64,000 nt of DNA from Tubiluchus corallicola. Its lineage: Eukaryota; Animalia; Priapulida. Shown piece by piece: positions 36,801 through 50,692 of this stretch. The notes under the pieces were generated by a model that saw nothing but the letters and a program-made list of their open reading frames with translations, was not told where the DNA came from and did not search any database. The stretch is from contig JAQGDQ010000073.1 in the NCBI GenBank assembly GCA_030141605.1, forward strand, positions 310,001-374,000, written 5' to 3'. The position numbers were made by a program, and so were the translations under genes. The stretch's first letter is position 1. Every line of letters starts with the position of its first letter.

Positions 36801-39800
36801 AATACCCCATTTCACCTGCACTCTTGTAATTTTCTGAGATAGCACTCTGCTGACAAGTGTCTATGATTTCGATTTACACCCAGCAGTTGAGGATATTATA
36901 AATTCTTAAATTGGAATGTGTTCAGAAAACAAAAGCCAGTTTTAAAAAGTTTTAAAACAAATGCAACCTATTGATGTTTTTCCAAGAGAAAGACCCAAAG
37001 CAAAATCGTCGTAAGAGTTACAACATTATGCTTCGTTTGAGTCAAGACTCTTAAAAGCATCATAAACAGCTTAAAAACAGCATTGTATGCCTGTATAAGA
37101 TCTTGATCCAGAAAGTTGCTGCCAAGGGTGCTATAGCCTTATTGTGGGGCACAGACACCTAACTTCTGATATTAATAACAGTTGTTGAAAACACCTTAAA
37201 AGAGTACAAAACAATGCTATGCTCTTACCCTTCCAGTGGCTGATATACGTCCATGGATCCCACCTTGAGAAATTGGTTTCCCTGTAACACAGGCTGCACT
37301 GTTCATGTCCTGAAAACCTAGAGACAATCACACCTTTAATCAAATACATTTACAGTATTACACTGAAGGCCATCAAAAATTTCAGGTAAATATTGAAAAA
37401 CAGGTATTATGAACAATAATGAGTGTAAAGTTAAAAATTTCATTTTATCTACTCACTTTGCAGAAATTATGGTATCATTAAAAGAAAATGAACTTATGAT
37501 AAGGCAGTGACTTCTGTAACAGTCACAGCAGTAATACTGTTTTGAACAAATCAGGTCTAAAGAAGACACCATTAAACAACATAGCTACCAAAAGTGTGAA
37601 AATTACATTTTTCTTGCTTTTATATTCTGCAAAAAATATATTAAGTACACTAAATGAATGCCTTGCACACCAATATCAGAATGCAGCTAAGTTAATAACA
37701 TAGCTAAGTGTTGGTAATAAATTTAACATTTTATGTCGCTAATGTAAAAATAGGCCGTACCAATTGTTTTTTCATATGTGCTTGCAATCCAGGACATTTC
37801 TCTTTCTCCTGTTCCCATATCTGGTGCTGGAACATCTACACCAGGTCCTTTAAAATAACATTGATAGCAACTCAGTTTGTATGATACTATGTAATACTAT
37901 TTAATACTTTACAACCTTGCAATATTTTTAAAACACTTTAATTTTTTTAAATACTTACTAAGTCTCACATTACTTTACACTGTTCATGAACTGATACCTT
38001 TACCAATTAAAAAATCACACAAAGTTTATTAGTAGTAGTTTCAGACTCCAATTAAAAGCAGTATGTGTGCAAAGTAGGCATAGCATTTATCCAACACTAT
38101 AAGAATTTAATGCACTGTTATAATATTTTCAAAAATAACATTGAATTTCCATTCAAACAAACTCAGATGTGAGTAGTACATATTTATTACTTGCTTCTAT
38201 ATAGTGAAAGTTTACAAGTGGCTTCATTTAATACTGTCAACATAATTTATCGAACTCTTACACCTCTGTACGTAAATTATATTAAAAAATATCTGTGTCA
38301 AAATTAATATGAGGATTGGGACGAGGGCTTAGCTTAGCAAGCGAGGCTTTTCGTATTAGCAAACGAATCTAAGTAACATAGAACCTGGTCAGCAAATGGA
38401 TGAACGACCTGCTGACCACACAGCTGGTTCTCTAACACACAATGCAATAATATGTGCACACAAATGCACTAATGTGGCTAAAATGCCTACGGTTCAGTGA
38501 TCCTCATCTTACAAGATTATCCTTGATAGCGAGTTATGTTCAGGTGCTACCATAAATATCAAGTAGACTTTGCCAATGTAAGGGGATTGTGCCTTACATT
38601 CTATCAAGTTGTATAGACAGCCAAGTAATTAATTGAAAGCAGTTCATGAATAATTCTATGCACATTTCTATACAGAACGAACAACCTTGCAAGAGCTTAC
38701 AGTAAACACAACTTTCCAGGTTTGTGCAGTAATGTATCTATAATTTAATTTTAATCATGGGGTAAAATGTGATTAGAATTACCAGTTTGAAAATGCATGT
38801 GTGGGTTACAAGGAAAAGCTTCCTATCAACAGTTAAACAGGCAGTATTCACAACTCATGCTAAATGGCAATCATACAGAGATCAGGTGTCGTATTAGTAT
38901 TACTTGTATTGAAAGCAGTTGCCACTTAAATATATAGTTGAACTACTTATAGCAAAGAGAATCTAACATTTAATGTGTGGTTTAGGAACAAATTAAGAGC
39001 TTAGTTAATATATGATAGATTCCTCAACAAAAGCAAAATAGCTTATTATGGTGTACATTTACAAAAATATCAGAAAGCTAAGGCATCTCACCAATGAATC
39101 CTTTCTTGGCAAGTTCAATTGTAAACCGTCGAGTGATTTTCTCAAGTTCATCCTCACTGTACTCTCGTGGATTAATCCGCACCCCAGATTTTGCACCACC
39201 AAATGGCACATCAACTACCGCACATTTATAAGTCATCAAAGCGGCCAATGCTTTGACTTCATCTGCATGCACATCACCACTGAATCTAATTCCTACACGA
39301 TAAAAAGTTGGCTTTTCAAAAACATCTGAAGCTAAAACATATACTGTATAATGGAATAACGTAAGTGATTTGTAGAGTAGATGTAATTAAAAAATCTGGT
39401 CAGTTATATTACTATTCAATTGTGAGTTTCGATTCGGAGTAGCTAGCAAATGAAACATTAAATGTAAACAAAAATCTAAATTTTAAACACACTAGCAAAA
39501 ACATATCCACACTAATGATGTGGGAATCTCATAAATCCAGAAAATCAATGAACAAGGTTCATCTTAGTTCATTTTAATCCAACAGAGCTAAGACACCACA
39601 GGATGAGCTATTGTAATGTATCACCATTGGGAAAGATTTTAAACTTAAACAGCTGGCTTTTCTATCATTAGCAATTCCACGAAATACCTGCAGTAATTTT
39701 TTACAGATGCAGTAAATCAAGCATGCTTTTTAAATAATATACCGTCAGATGCTCAAGAATCGTTGGAAAGTGCAACTAAAGAAGAATTGCATTATGTACA

Positions 39801-42323
39801 TGGTTGGTAATACCCGCACTGTTTTCGTAATACAGAATATGATTAACTACGAAGTATAGCAATTTGTGCAATTTGATATCATACAGACTTACTCAATTAG
39901 CCCAAGGTTTCTTACTTAACAGGTCAAAATATTTTTTATTTGTACATTGCTTTTCTAGTAAGTAAATTTTTTGTATGCATTTTAGCAAACGCTATGAACT
40001 TGTCAAGAGGCCAAAGTTCTAGAAGATCGAAACTGTATTGGCACAAGAATAACAGACTGTATTTAATCATCAGACTTTAGCATGTTTATTTAATCATCAG
40101 ACTTTAGCATGTTTATTTTACCAATAAGTCATATTAATTTATGGCTTACAAAACCTACTTGGATGATACATTATCAGTTTTTTATCACTAATATGTCAAT
40201 TTTGTATTATAAGGTGATAATGGTACAGCACTTAACACTAAGTCTAAGTGTTAGCAGGGCTTAATAACGCAGTTATCAAGACAGACACACATTTCAAAGA
40301 AAAAAACATTAAACTCAATGGCATCTGTGAGCACACATAGGCACGAAAATTTGTCACTTAAACAAACAAAAGTTTTGACTAGGATTATAGTCAATGAGTT
40401 ACTTTTAAGACATATAAGCAATATTAAGGTTCCTATAAATACAACTTTAACCTACAACTACAACTATAAACCTACAACTTTAAATACTTAGTAGGTTAAA
40501 AATGTGGATAAATCCTTGGGAGAATATGCAAATACAACTATTTACAACAAAATACAACTATTTTTCATTAATGAACATTTTAAATTTATAATTTTATAGT
40601 GTTAATTGAAGATGCATTACTTAGTTTTAACACAAATTGCTATTTAGCAAAGTTTCTAATAGTTTCAGCTCTAACTATGTAAATTAGTTTGTTTCTTACA
40701 TTCCTTTGAACCAGTTCTACAGCAGCCTTTCAAACATTTTCTATTTTTATCATAGTATTTGACTGAATTTGCCAAATCTAAACAAACTGTGAACAAGCTG
40801 TGCCGCAATCATTAACTAGAAAATTTCTACAGTTTGCAAAAATGAAACCATACTGCTGCTGCAAATATAAAACACTGAAGGCCTATTATTAGTATAGCGT
40901 CTGCAATGTAGCAGGTTTTAACGTACTGACACAGGTGGCATAATATAAATACTCTAACGCTTGCTAATGGCAAAAAGTGTCAATTTTAGGCTGATTTATC
41001 TTATGAATTGTTACACCATGGAAGAAGTCATAAGATAAAACACTAATTTTCATGTTACAACTAGCACAATTAAATCTCCACTAAAGTATCATTACTCCGC
41101 TGAAACTCAATAGCAAACATAACCTCTTTCCAAATGGAAAGTCAGTAAGTGATTAGCAAAGCTATTATCAAGTTGTATTTCTTTGTACATTTCAATGTTT
41201 TTCTTGTCTTTTTCAATTTCTTTTTCTTTTTTAAAGGATGTGAAATAAAACAAAATGCAGTGGATTCGCTTTTAGAAATGCTTTAGTTTTCCATAAACTT
41301 TTATTTTTTTGAGTACAAGTATTTTTAATAAAGCTCTTAAATAATTAAACATATTTTGTGATCTTCAACTTTTTAAAAACTATGTGACAGTTATTCGATG
41401 CAAATATGAGTGACATATAGTAACATCCTAAGGTCTGGTGTGTGTCTGCAAAAGTCCTGCATAACATGACTCATTCAGATGAGCTATTTACAGACTATCA
41501 TTCATCACCATAGGGCCAAGCTCAACAAATAATAATATACAGAATAAGTATTTAAAACACCAGATGTTACATTAAGAATTAGTACTTTGGAAAACTATAT
41601 ACATGTATGTAAAGGGTGGAAAATTGGTGGAATGGTCACAATGCAATCCTACAAATGATCAATAAAATAAATTGGTGATCACCGGGAAAACTGCTTCTGA
41701 AAGATTTTATCTGCTGTTAAGACATGTATGTCAATTCAGCATCTCATTTTAAAAGATTATCATACAAGTCTAAGTCCCAAGGCAGCACGAATCTGGACAT
41801 GTGAGTGATTCGATTCACTTTGCACATCAAACAAATGTCAAAATATTCTGCATCTCAAAACAAGATTAAGATCACAAACGATTTTGTCTGCACCATACAG
41901 TGTAAAACAGGAATGCTATACCCAAATGAAATACTGTGACTTACCACCTTTACATGGCTGTCTGTGCTGACTATGCTGTGCTCTCCAGCCATCAACCATT
42001 TCAATCTTTCCGTTGTCTCGCCGAATTGGAAAAGAAATTGATATCATTTGTGCACAAGGTTTGATTGCAGTGAGAATTCCCTGTACACGATCTCGCTTTT
42101 TCTCCAGTGATAAATTGCCCCCATAATTTGCAACCAATGAGTCCTCTATGATGTTGGCTGCTTTGTCATAGTTTTTATTTACCATGTGGTAGAAATTTGT
42201 TTCGTCATCACTATCCGCACTTGTGCTATAGTCTAACCGCGAAAGCAAATTAACTAGAGGGACAGTTTGTCTGGGTTTTTGTGAGACTAGTAGATAAGTT
42301 CGTAGTACTGTACTTCGCATCAT
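30829..42323 (-). CDS. GLUD1: Glutamate dehydrogenase, mitochondrial (animal type with antenna domain)
   Basis: Ten coding exons: 42323-41945, 39292-39092, 37847-37761, 37317-37229, 36284-36186, 34656-34519, 33477-33340, 32594-32390, 31584-31493, 31011-30829 (1611 nt, 536 aa). Motifs [80 protein letters not shown], antenna [11 protein letters not shown]...[12 protein letters not shown]. Arg/Ser-rich N-terminal presequence. An acceptor 10 nt upstream of the ATG implies a 5'-UTR exon. Confidence 0.97.
34079..34126 (-). pseudogene. Degenerate 5S rRNA-like fragment (probably part of a SINE)
   Basis: Minus strand GAGTATGAGCTATGTCAGGCTTGATTAATAACTAGATGGGTGTCCC resembles the 5S internal control region GAAGTTAAGC...GGGCCTGGTTAGTACTTGGATGGGTGACC. 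A second weaker copy (GGTTAGTGAATGGATAGGTGACCG) lies at about 15247-15270 (+). Confidence 0.45.
34898..35868 (-). mobile_element. pogo/Tigger-like deleted DNA transposon in a GDH intron
   Basis: Ends TA|CAGTAGGCACCGCTTAAT ... ATTAAGCAGCTACTG|TA. Internal minus-strand remnants end in [12 protein letters not shown], reminiscent of the Tigger C-terminal Q..ITDFF motif. Confidence 0.65.
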
Positions 42324-44297
42324 TGTCACTTCTCTGAAACACAGAAAAAAGTATGACTTAAAAACACCACAGAAGATAAATTTTATAATACTAAAACACT
42401 AACAATAAAAATCTGTGATGATCTATAGCCATCAAATTATCACACTGACTGAAAATATTAATCCGAAAGTTGTAATTGTTAAAAAATGTGGAATTCTGGA
42501 GTAATTTCTATCTTTAGTGATAGGACATTTTTGTATATAATAATAGATGGTGCTAGCAATTAAACTTTATAACAAAATTTTCACAGTAAGTGAGTGGTGC
42601 AAAAAGTATATTTTTAAAATTTAATAATAAGCAAATATACATGTATATATTTACAATTACAGGCCTTGAAATTTTACATTCAGATCAGGCCACTCATGGG
42701 CTGCATAAAAATTAAAAAAAAACTAATTCAAATGGGCTTCTGTTCACGTAGAACCTACCATTAAGAAGTCAAGTTCAGTTTTATTCATCAAGCAACATCT
42801 GTTGTTCTAACAAATTATGCTTGTTAAAACTGCTCTTTCACTATTTTAAAAAAATTATAGATACAAATTTTTATGCCAATTGACGTATGGTAATTGCCAA
42901 GGTTGCAGCACACACACACTGCATGTGTACTTATGAACTATTATGAGCTGGCAATAGGTTGCAGGTTATATAGTAAGCTAATCACACTTTTCTGCAATGT
43001 GCCTACCATATAAATCATCCGGAAAGTATTTTTACTCAGTGGCATACTTACGATTTTTTTTTATTGGTAGGCCGTAATATATATATATATATATATATGC
43101 AATGAGTTACCCATTCATTAGTGTTTCCATCGCTTACCCAGGTACTTACCCGCATTGTTTATCACCCGAACTTAATATTCCTACCTAGTTCCAACAATAT
43201 TATTAACAGGATATTTATTGTTTAAGAATTCATTTAAAATTTAAATGCTGCTTTCTGTGGCACATTTGTATTGTACAACATATACATACTAACAGACTAT
43301 TAACAGCTGTGCTGGCACACTGCCATCCTGCACTCAAACATGTTAGATTTCATCTTTAGCAAACTATTATTTGAAATACTGTATAGTAGTGTATTTCAGC
43401 ACTAACAAGCCAGCAGCGATTATATCTCCATCAGTTGCAAGCACGTAGCAGATCAAATCATTTTTGCCGAAGGGATGACTCACAAAACTTTACCGAAAAC
43501 AAACCGTAATTTCTTTATAAAAAGTCTGATTATCCAAATGGTTATTATTATTTATTAAGCTTTCAGGCCACTAACGACGATACCAACAAACTGATTGTTA
43601 AGTTTAACAATACAAAAAACCCCAATAGATTATTATAATCCCTACGCTGTAGCTGATTTAGCTGACAAAGCGTGCGTTACAAGTAATTAAGAAGTCTGGG
43701 AGATAAGGCGGTGCAGTAGTAAAACACCAGCATTTGCGTTCATAGCTCGTGTTCAGAACCTGAGCCTGTAATAACTCAATGTTAAGAAAACACTGCAGTT
43801 AGTTGAAATGCACACGTTTTTTATTTGCGAATCTAAATGATTACAATTTATTCACTGCCATTGAATAAATCTTAACAACTGGGCACCTGGGTAAGGAAAA
43901 GGATACCCGAGTTTGATTTTTGCTACAAGTGTAAACACTAACATTCGTGTTCTCAGGCCTCGAGCAAGTAATAGTAATGATTAACATCACTGCAAAAGAA
44001 CTGCAATTAAATGTCTGTGTACACAGATTTTTATTTTATGTTTTACTTTAGACGTTTACCAACTAAATGAAATGTACCAAGAAAGGCAACATGGCATTAA
44101 TTATATAATGAACTATACTGTACGGTAGTTATAAATACTGTGAAAGTCAAAAGCTTTTGTCGGGCCCAATAAATTTCTAGAAAAAATACTGTTTAATATG
44201 ATACCATAAACTCTTTCCTTGGAAACCAAACAGTTATAGAAATTATCGTTTTGCATCGCTACACAAAATTTGACTTTTCATACCACTTTTGTTGATG

Positions 44298-44386
44298 CAC
44301 GTGCGCTCGTAAACAAAGCAGCCACGTGTATAAAATAACCAATCAGAGAGTACCGTGATAAAAGGCACTTTAAATTTTATCATTGG
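44298..44386 (-). promoter_or_regulatory. Candidate GDH proximal promoter cluster
   Basis: Two CACGTG E-boxes (44298, 44323), a forkhead GTAAACAA site (44309) and CCAAT boxes in both orientations (44339, 44382) within 90 bp, 2 kb upstream of the first coding exon. The TSS was not determined. Confidence 0.45.
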
Positions 44387-44429
44387 TCACTTTCTTTGGG
44401 CCATGATGCCTTTAACGGCAAAATGCAAA

Positions 44430-46600
44430 ATTATTAAAAAGGTCTATTACTAAAGATACAAAGAAAACTACTAAATAAATCAGCTACAGCGTAAGTGAAA
44501 AAATGAAGGGCAATAAATCTATGGGGCCTGATGGAATTCATGCAAGTATAGTTAAGAATAACGAAGATATCCTTATAAGGCAATGCTACAGATAATGAAC
44601 CAAAGTCTATCCAGTGGTATATTACCACCGAGTTTGAAAATGGCCAGCGTTTCAGCTATCCACAAAAAAAGGTGAAAGAGACTTAGCAAAAAATTACAGA
44701 TCTATCACTCTGACGTCAGTTGCTTGTAAATTGCTAGAGGGAATACTAAGGGATAAAATCTACAAGTTCATTACTGAACATAATCTCATTTGTGATAGTC
44801 AACATGGCTTCAGAACTGGCAGATCTTGTACTACCAATTTATTAGTTTCTCTTGAAGAATGGATGGATTTACTTGAGAACAAAGGTGAAGCTGATGTTAT
44901 CTATTACGACTTTTTAAAAGCATTTGATCGAGTACCCCATCTGAGCATTCTTCAAAAGCTTGAATCATACAGTAGGGGTGAGCATTCTTTACCAGAAAGC
45001 GAACTCGAATCGAACCGAATTTGTGACTTTCGAATTCGAATCGAACCGAACTTCAGTGTTTCGAATTCGAATCGAACTGAACTTCAGTGTTTCGAATTTG
45101 AACCGAATTCGAATTGAGACTGAACGATTTTCGAACTAGTTTTCGAAACACCAGTAAAAATTAGTCTTACAAAGATCATGCATATCACAAGATTTTGATC
45201 TGCAATAAAACGATTAGTAATTTGCTTAAAGTTGTGCGCAGAAATAACAACTAAATTATGTTAATTGCGTGACGCTTCAATCGTTTTAATGATCAGGAAC
45301 ATATGTGATTGAAGTGCTGAATTATTCGAATCTATAGTTTTAAATTCGAATCGAGTTCGAACTAAAAAAAATCGTTCGATTTGAATGTTCGAACTCGAAC
45401 TTCGATGCTCACCCCTATCATACGGAATTTGTGGTCACTTGCTAACATGGATTAATAGTTTTCTCTGTGGGAGAAGGCAATGTGTAGTAGTTAATGGGCA
45501 ACAATCAGAATGGGCAAATGTTACCAGTGGCATACCGCAGGGAAGCGTGCTTGGACCTATTTTATTCACTATTTACATAAATGATCTTCCTGAAGTTTTC
45601 AACTGTGGTAAGAGCCTGTTTGCAGATGACACTAAAATATATGGTAAAGCATGCTGCCTGGATGATTTTGGGGTCAAGCAGAATAATATTAACTATGTCG
45701 ACTAATGGTGTCGTCAATGGTAAATGGAATTTAACACCGAAAAATGCAAGCTCCTGACTATTGGAAGGCATGATACTGCAGGTCGTATATATAAAATGGC
45801 ACATGGACAAGGTTCTAAAGAAATTATAAGCGTCACAGAAGAAAAAGATCTGGATATCACCATCGACAGTATGCTTCATTTTCAAACACACAAGACTGAC
45901 TTTGGTCAAACGTAGTTTATCTTACCTTGACGGATCTATGGTGACCAAGCTATATAAATCAATGGTTCGTCCTATATTGGATTATGGTGATGTGATTTGG
46001 AGCCCAAGTTATCTAGACATAATAAGGAAAATTGAAAGTATACAACATAGAGCTACTAGACATGTACCTGCCATTTCTCATTTAAAATATGTTGCAAGAC
46101 TTACGATTCTGGGCCTTACAACTTTGTAGTACAGACGCAAAAGACAAGATTTAATCCAAACATTTCGTATTCTTAAAGGTATAGAAACGATCAACAGCAA
46201 AATAATTTTCCATTGACAGACATATCATGGTACCAGAGGTCACTCCTACAAAATCAAGAAGAGAACAGTTTCCCAAAGGTGGAGTAGAAGAAGATTCACA
46301 TTTGCAAGGCGAGTTATTAATGAGTGGAACATGCTGCCTGACCATGTAGTTCAAGCCTCCAATCCTGCCCAGTTTAAGTCTCGTCTCGATAGATACTGGA
46401 AAAACAATGCTGAAAAATATATTGACCCCAGGTTGCCACAATGGCAACAAGAAACCCTGTGCTACGCTTCATGATCACAGTGAGCCACCTATTATGCTAT
46501 CTTTTTATATTGATAAATTAAACAAGGAAGAGTGGAGAGGTCTATAAGCTATTTATACTTAACCTCTATCCTTCGACGGTAATGGTAACGGTAACGGTAA
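44430..46600 (+). mobile_element. 5'-truncated CR1-clade LINE (RT pseudogene), interrupted by a hAT MITE
   Basis: NKSMGPDGIH, NYRSITLTSVACKLLE, SQHGFRTGRSCTTNL, DVIYYDFLKAFDRVPH, SGIPQGSVLGPILFTIYINDLP, LFADDTK, LYKSMVRPILDY, with stops and frameshifts. 3' hairpin followed by a (GGTAAC)n tail at 46578-46600. Confidence 0.93.
44973..45417. mobile_element. hAT-type MITE nested in the CR1 RT
   Basis: Perfect 13-bp TIR TAGGGGTGAGCAT. 8-bp TSD TCATACAG / TCATACGG (1 mismatch). Dense subterminal TCGAA motifs. Removing it restores LESYGICG. Confidence 0.92.
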
Positions 46601-46939
46601 TTGCCTTCCTGCAAAATGATGACGCTTGGGTGTTTTTGATGCAATAAAAAGGACTGCTCATATTAAAAACTTTTCTAGATTTAACTGTTAATATTGAAAA
46701 GCATTTCAGATCACGAAGATCGAATGCTATAAGTTTAGCTGCAAAGTGGAAGACAGTGGAAAGTTATTCAGATAGCGGGCACCAAACATCACCATCATCA
46801 TAATTATAGGTTTTATGAAATAGAAGCACTGTCAAGCACATGTATAGTTAACTGCTACTTTGTAAGTTTATTATAATTTTTCTGCTCTACAAAAAAATCA
46901 TAATAAATAAGTATGTGCCACATGACTTATGAAGTAGCA

Positions 46940-47148
46940 GTATACATATATATAGCAGTATATATATATATATATGTATGTATGTATGTATGTATGCATG
47001 TATGTATGTATGTATGTATGTATGTATGTATGTATGTATGTATGTATGTATGTATGTATGTATGTATGTATGTATGTATGTATGTATGTATGTATGTATG
47101 TATGTATGTATGTATGTATGTATGTATGTATGTATGTATGTATGTATG

Positions 47149-47187
<39 letters not shown>
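46940..47187. repeat. Compound (TA)n-(TATG)n-(TA)n microsatellite
   Basis: Directly visible; explains four spurious ORFs. Confidence 0.97.
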
Positions 47188-47189
<2 letters not shown>

Positions 47190-48229
47190 TTTGTGTCAGC
47201 TTTACTTGCTTGGCACAAAATAATGACGATCATTCAAAATCATTATAAAAATAGCTGCCTATATATTTTAATGTCATTTATAAATGGAACCTCACTTATG
47301 CAGTGACAAAATCTTGTTTTCGATACAAAAGACCAATTTTAAATATACCAGTTATGTGCTATAAAAAATTTGACTATTTCAGCAATGTGGCTTTTTATAA
47401 TTATTCTAGAAGGAAATGTGACAACTTTTTTTTACTTGCGGAGTGGTTAAGAACTTATCCTGCTACATTCAAGATGTTGGACTCGCCATCAGTCTGCCCC
47501 AACATGGAGAGTACCACTTATGAGATGTTGAGAACTCGAGGGCAACACAGCTTCTATAAGTGGCTTTTCTCCCACATCTGCAGATTGATCCAGTCCTTGC
47601 CTCCTACTCAGTTCATCTAGACTAGAAAGAAAATCTCAGAAAGCGATCTGCCTTGCCATTATATTCTTATCCACCCGGTCAAAATTTTCACCCACATAAT
47701 TATGGACAGATTTAACCCGTTCACTATGGAAGGCAGCACACTACCTCCTATGTTTTACTTGTAAGGGACGGAAGGGGCACATTGCCCCCCCCCCCCGAGC
47801 TCATCACTAATCGCCGTTACCTAGCTATGTTTATTTCGCTGCTACGGCCATGCAAAGACATTGTGGAAAAGTTTAACAGCTGTGGGATTGGGAACGCTTC
47901 ACAACAAGTAATGGTAATCAGTCAATCAGCGTCTGAAGCCAGGTACTTTCCATAATACTGTTCTGTGTAGTATGGTATCATGCAAAATCACTTGATGATG
48001 GTTGGCGAAAAGTATGTTTAGTCACTTGTCCTGCTTTCTTATAAAATAATAGCGGATTATGGAATGTGAATGTGTGTATAAATGAAACTGATATTCAATA
48101 TTAGTGTTTATTAACAAATGGCTAGTTGTTTATGTACAATATTCTGTTTTAATAACACACCATAAGAATGCGGTCCTGTTAAAAAGCAACTATGTAATGA
48201 AAGAATTAAACCTCTTTGTTCTACAAGTG

Positions 48230-49260
48230 CTGTTCTCAGCAAGACCCAGGAATGGAAGACTAGGAAACAAGCAGCTCTGTATAGCTGAAACAGTAATATA
48301 TGTCGATCATAAAACTGCATGCGACTCCCTGGATAATGGTTACCTGTGGCCTTTCTCCAAGTCAATGGAATCCCTCCAAATTTTCATCTACAACCTTAAA
48401 CCGTTGTACTTCAATACCAACTGCTTTGCAAACTTCTCAAAGAAGAACATGCAGAGCCTCCTTTCCAATTCCTTTGCCACAACTTTGGTCATCTAGCTGC
48501 CAAGGCTGTGTCGTCACCATGCCAAACTTTTTCAATGTCACCATTGACTTCTGAATGAACAGATCTCTGGCTCCTGTGTCCTCATGTTGCACATAGCTAC
48601 TACCAACAGTTACTGGCCTCTGCTTCATAGAAAACATCACGGAACAGTTGACTATACACTCTACAGTGCTCTTGAAGTGCTTTCGATGGAAACTTCCCTT
48701 TAGGGTTTCCACGTGAGCTGAGCCAAAATTATGGGCCCAGTCTTTGTCAGTCTTCATGTCACTCCCTGCATGGTCCTCCATCTCATTCACAAAATAAGTT
48801 ATCGAAGTTTTGTGGAGTTTTGTCTATCTTAGCTGCATTCACTTAAGTCTGCGAGCAAGAGGATGCAGAAATTACAATTTTTAAGACGAAACACTGTCCA
48901 TTGGACCTTCGCAAAATGATGCAGTTTACAGCTTCAAAACATGCATTCTCTCAATAGACAAGCTCAGGAACCTTGACTCTTTCCATCAAAATAACCTGCA
49001 TATCATACTCGGTAACTGCTAGTTTAACTTTGTGATCAAAAAGAGCCATATACTGGAAAATGTGCACCCAATACACGTAGCTGCCGTCATCTGCCAAAAC
49101 CATCCGCATGTCATTATAGCCACCTGGCACATCTAGTTGAATCTGTCCCAGCCAGTCAAGATCTCCCCATTGCCACCAGTGTGTCCTTTGCCAAGAAACT
49201 GATCTCGGCTCCAATTAAAGTTCCTCGTAATTATATATGTCTTACTTGGATACAGTAAGT
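48230..49260 (+). mobile_element. Highly decayed RTE-type LINE RT fragment
   Basis: YVDHKTACDSLDNGYLW (compare FVDF.KAFDS.DR..LW) and SSCQGCVVTMPNFFNVTIDF (compare GVRQGC.LAP.LFN..ID). Boundaries approximate. Confidence 0.65.
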
Positions 49261-50154
49261 GATGCTTTAGTTTTTGCTGATGAAATTTGACAAGGACACA
49301 AAATGTCATGTAATGCACGAATTATTACAAATAAATTTATTTTTTAAATTTGACCTTGTGGATCTCACTGAAGACAAATCATCCTTCTATAGATTGTTGC
49401 CATGGTCACTTAAGCAGCCAAGCATCCAAAAGTAAAAGCAGATTTAAGTCAATAAGTTTGTATTACTAATTACTATATGCTAGTTTTGTAGACCATAAAT
49501 GATCATCAATTTTTTTACATACTGTACAACTGTAGAGACATGAAATTGTTTCGTTTTGTTAGTCATTGTTATTATTTTGAACACAGTATGCTCTGCATAA
49601 TAGTAATATTAATATTTCTCTAATTACATACATCCCACTAACAAGCATTTAGATTGTAGACAGCAGGTGAATAGCCGAGTGGCCACAGTGTGCGCTTGTG
49701 TAATGCAAGTTAAAGCACGAGAAAATCCCCCACTTACATGAAGCTTAAAAATTCGTCTTGGCATTTCTTATCTGCTTATATACTGCTTTTTTGCATAAAC
49801 TCTCACGATGACCATTAATTGCAGCCACTTTGACAATAAGTCAGTTCAAACAAATTTAGATAACACTAAGTAATGTTTGAAAAAATAATTAGAGCATTTG
49901 TAGCGCACACGTCACTAACTAAGTAAAAATTTGAAGTACACAGTATCTTGTTAATAAGATCAAAAATACGTTTTTGGTTAGTGAGTATTGCAGTTATAAT
50001 TTATAAGTCTTTCAAGCAGGTAAGTGAAATGCTAAGTAATATAACTTTTCATGGAAAGTTTTTTGGTACATAGTTTAACATTTTCTTTTCTTCACCTGAT
50101 TTAAGTTGTGCGTATATGACGTCTTAATTTGTAGGGTCACGGTCAGAACAGTAT

Positions 50155-50169
50155 TGCGGGAGATTTAAA
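50155..50169 (+). promoter_or_regulatory. CDE/CHR-like cell-cycle element upstream of CDK1
   Basis: TGCGG-GAGA-TTTAAA: GC-rich CDE, 4-nt spacer, CHR variant. CRE-like TGACGTC at 50117. Confidence 0.55.
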
Positions 50170-50692
50170 ATGAAAGCAAACAAGAAATCCTTTTAGTGCG
50201 AGTATGAAACAAAATCAACGAAATTGCTATAAAGTAATAATTTCTTAAAGCTATTTTTCTGAAATATACTTCAGGTACTTCTTTTTTGTCCTTTAAAGTA
50301 ATAGTGAGAGTGTCTAGAGAATGGGTGGTCGTTCACCAATTTTCATACTTAATTCGTTCACGATTCTGGTTAGACTCTGGCAGCTTACTACTAAAAGGGC
50401 AGGTTAAAAAGACAGGTATAATGGTGGATCAGGATGAATTTGCATTTTAGAAAACTAGCTTCAATATAATGAGTAACGTTCCGGTCCTCATACAACATTT
50501 ACATTAAAAAAGTTCTGTTGTATGCCTGTGAGTGGCAATGACTAATGAATGTTGTCAGAGCAACGGATATTATTATCTCTGCTTCGAACAACTTGAGTTT
50601 GGTGGAATTTCAGTGAAAGTTTTTATTTTCAACAACAGATGTCAGGAATAGCATTGAAGATTATTTGTAAAGCGAAACACAATTTGACAGTG

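Noticed and set aside
40059-40118. 29-bp tandem duplication (similar 28-bp duplication at about 52965-53021)
   Set aside because: Simple slippage duplications in introns.
43705-43770. tRNA-like A/B boxes (also about 47440 and 49670)
   Set aside because: No cloverleaf can be formed; at most decayed SINE heads, not tRNA genes.
46898-47306. MYVC/HTYI-repeat ORFs
   Set aside because: Translation of the (TATG)n microsatellite.
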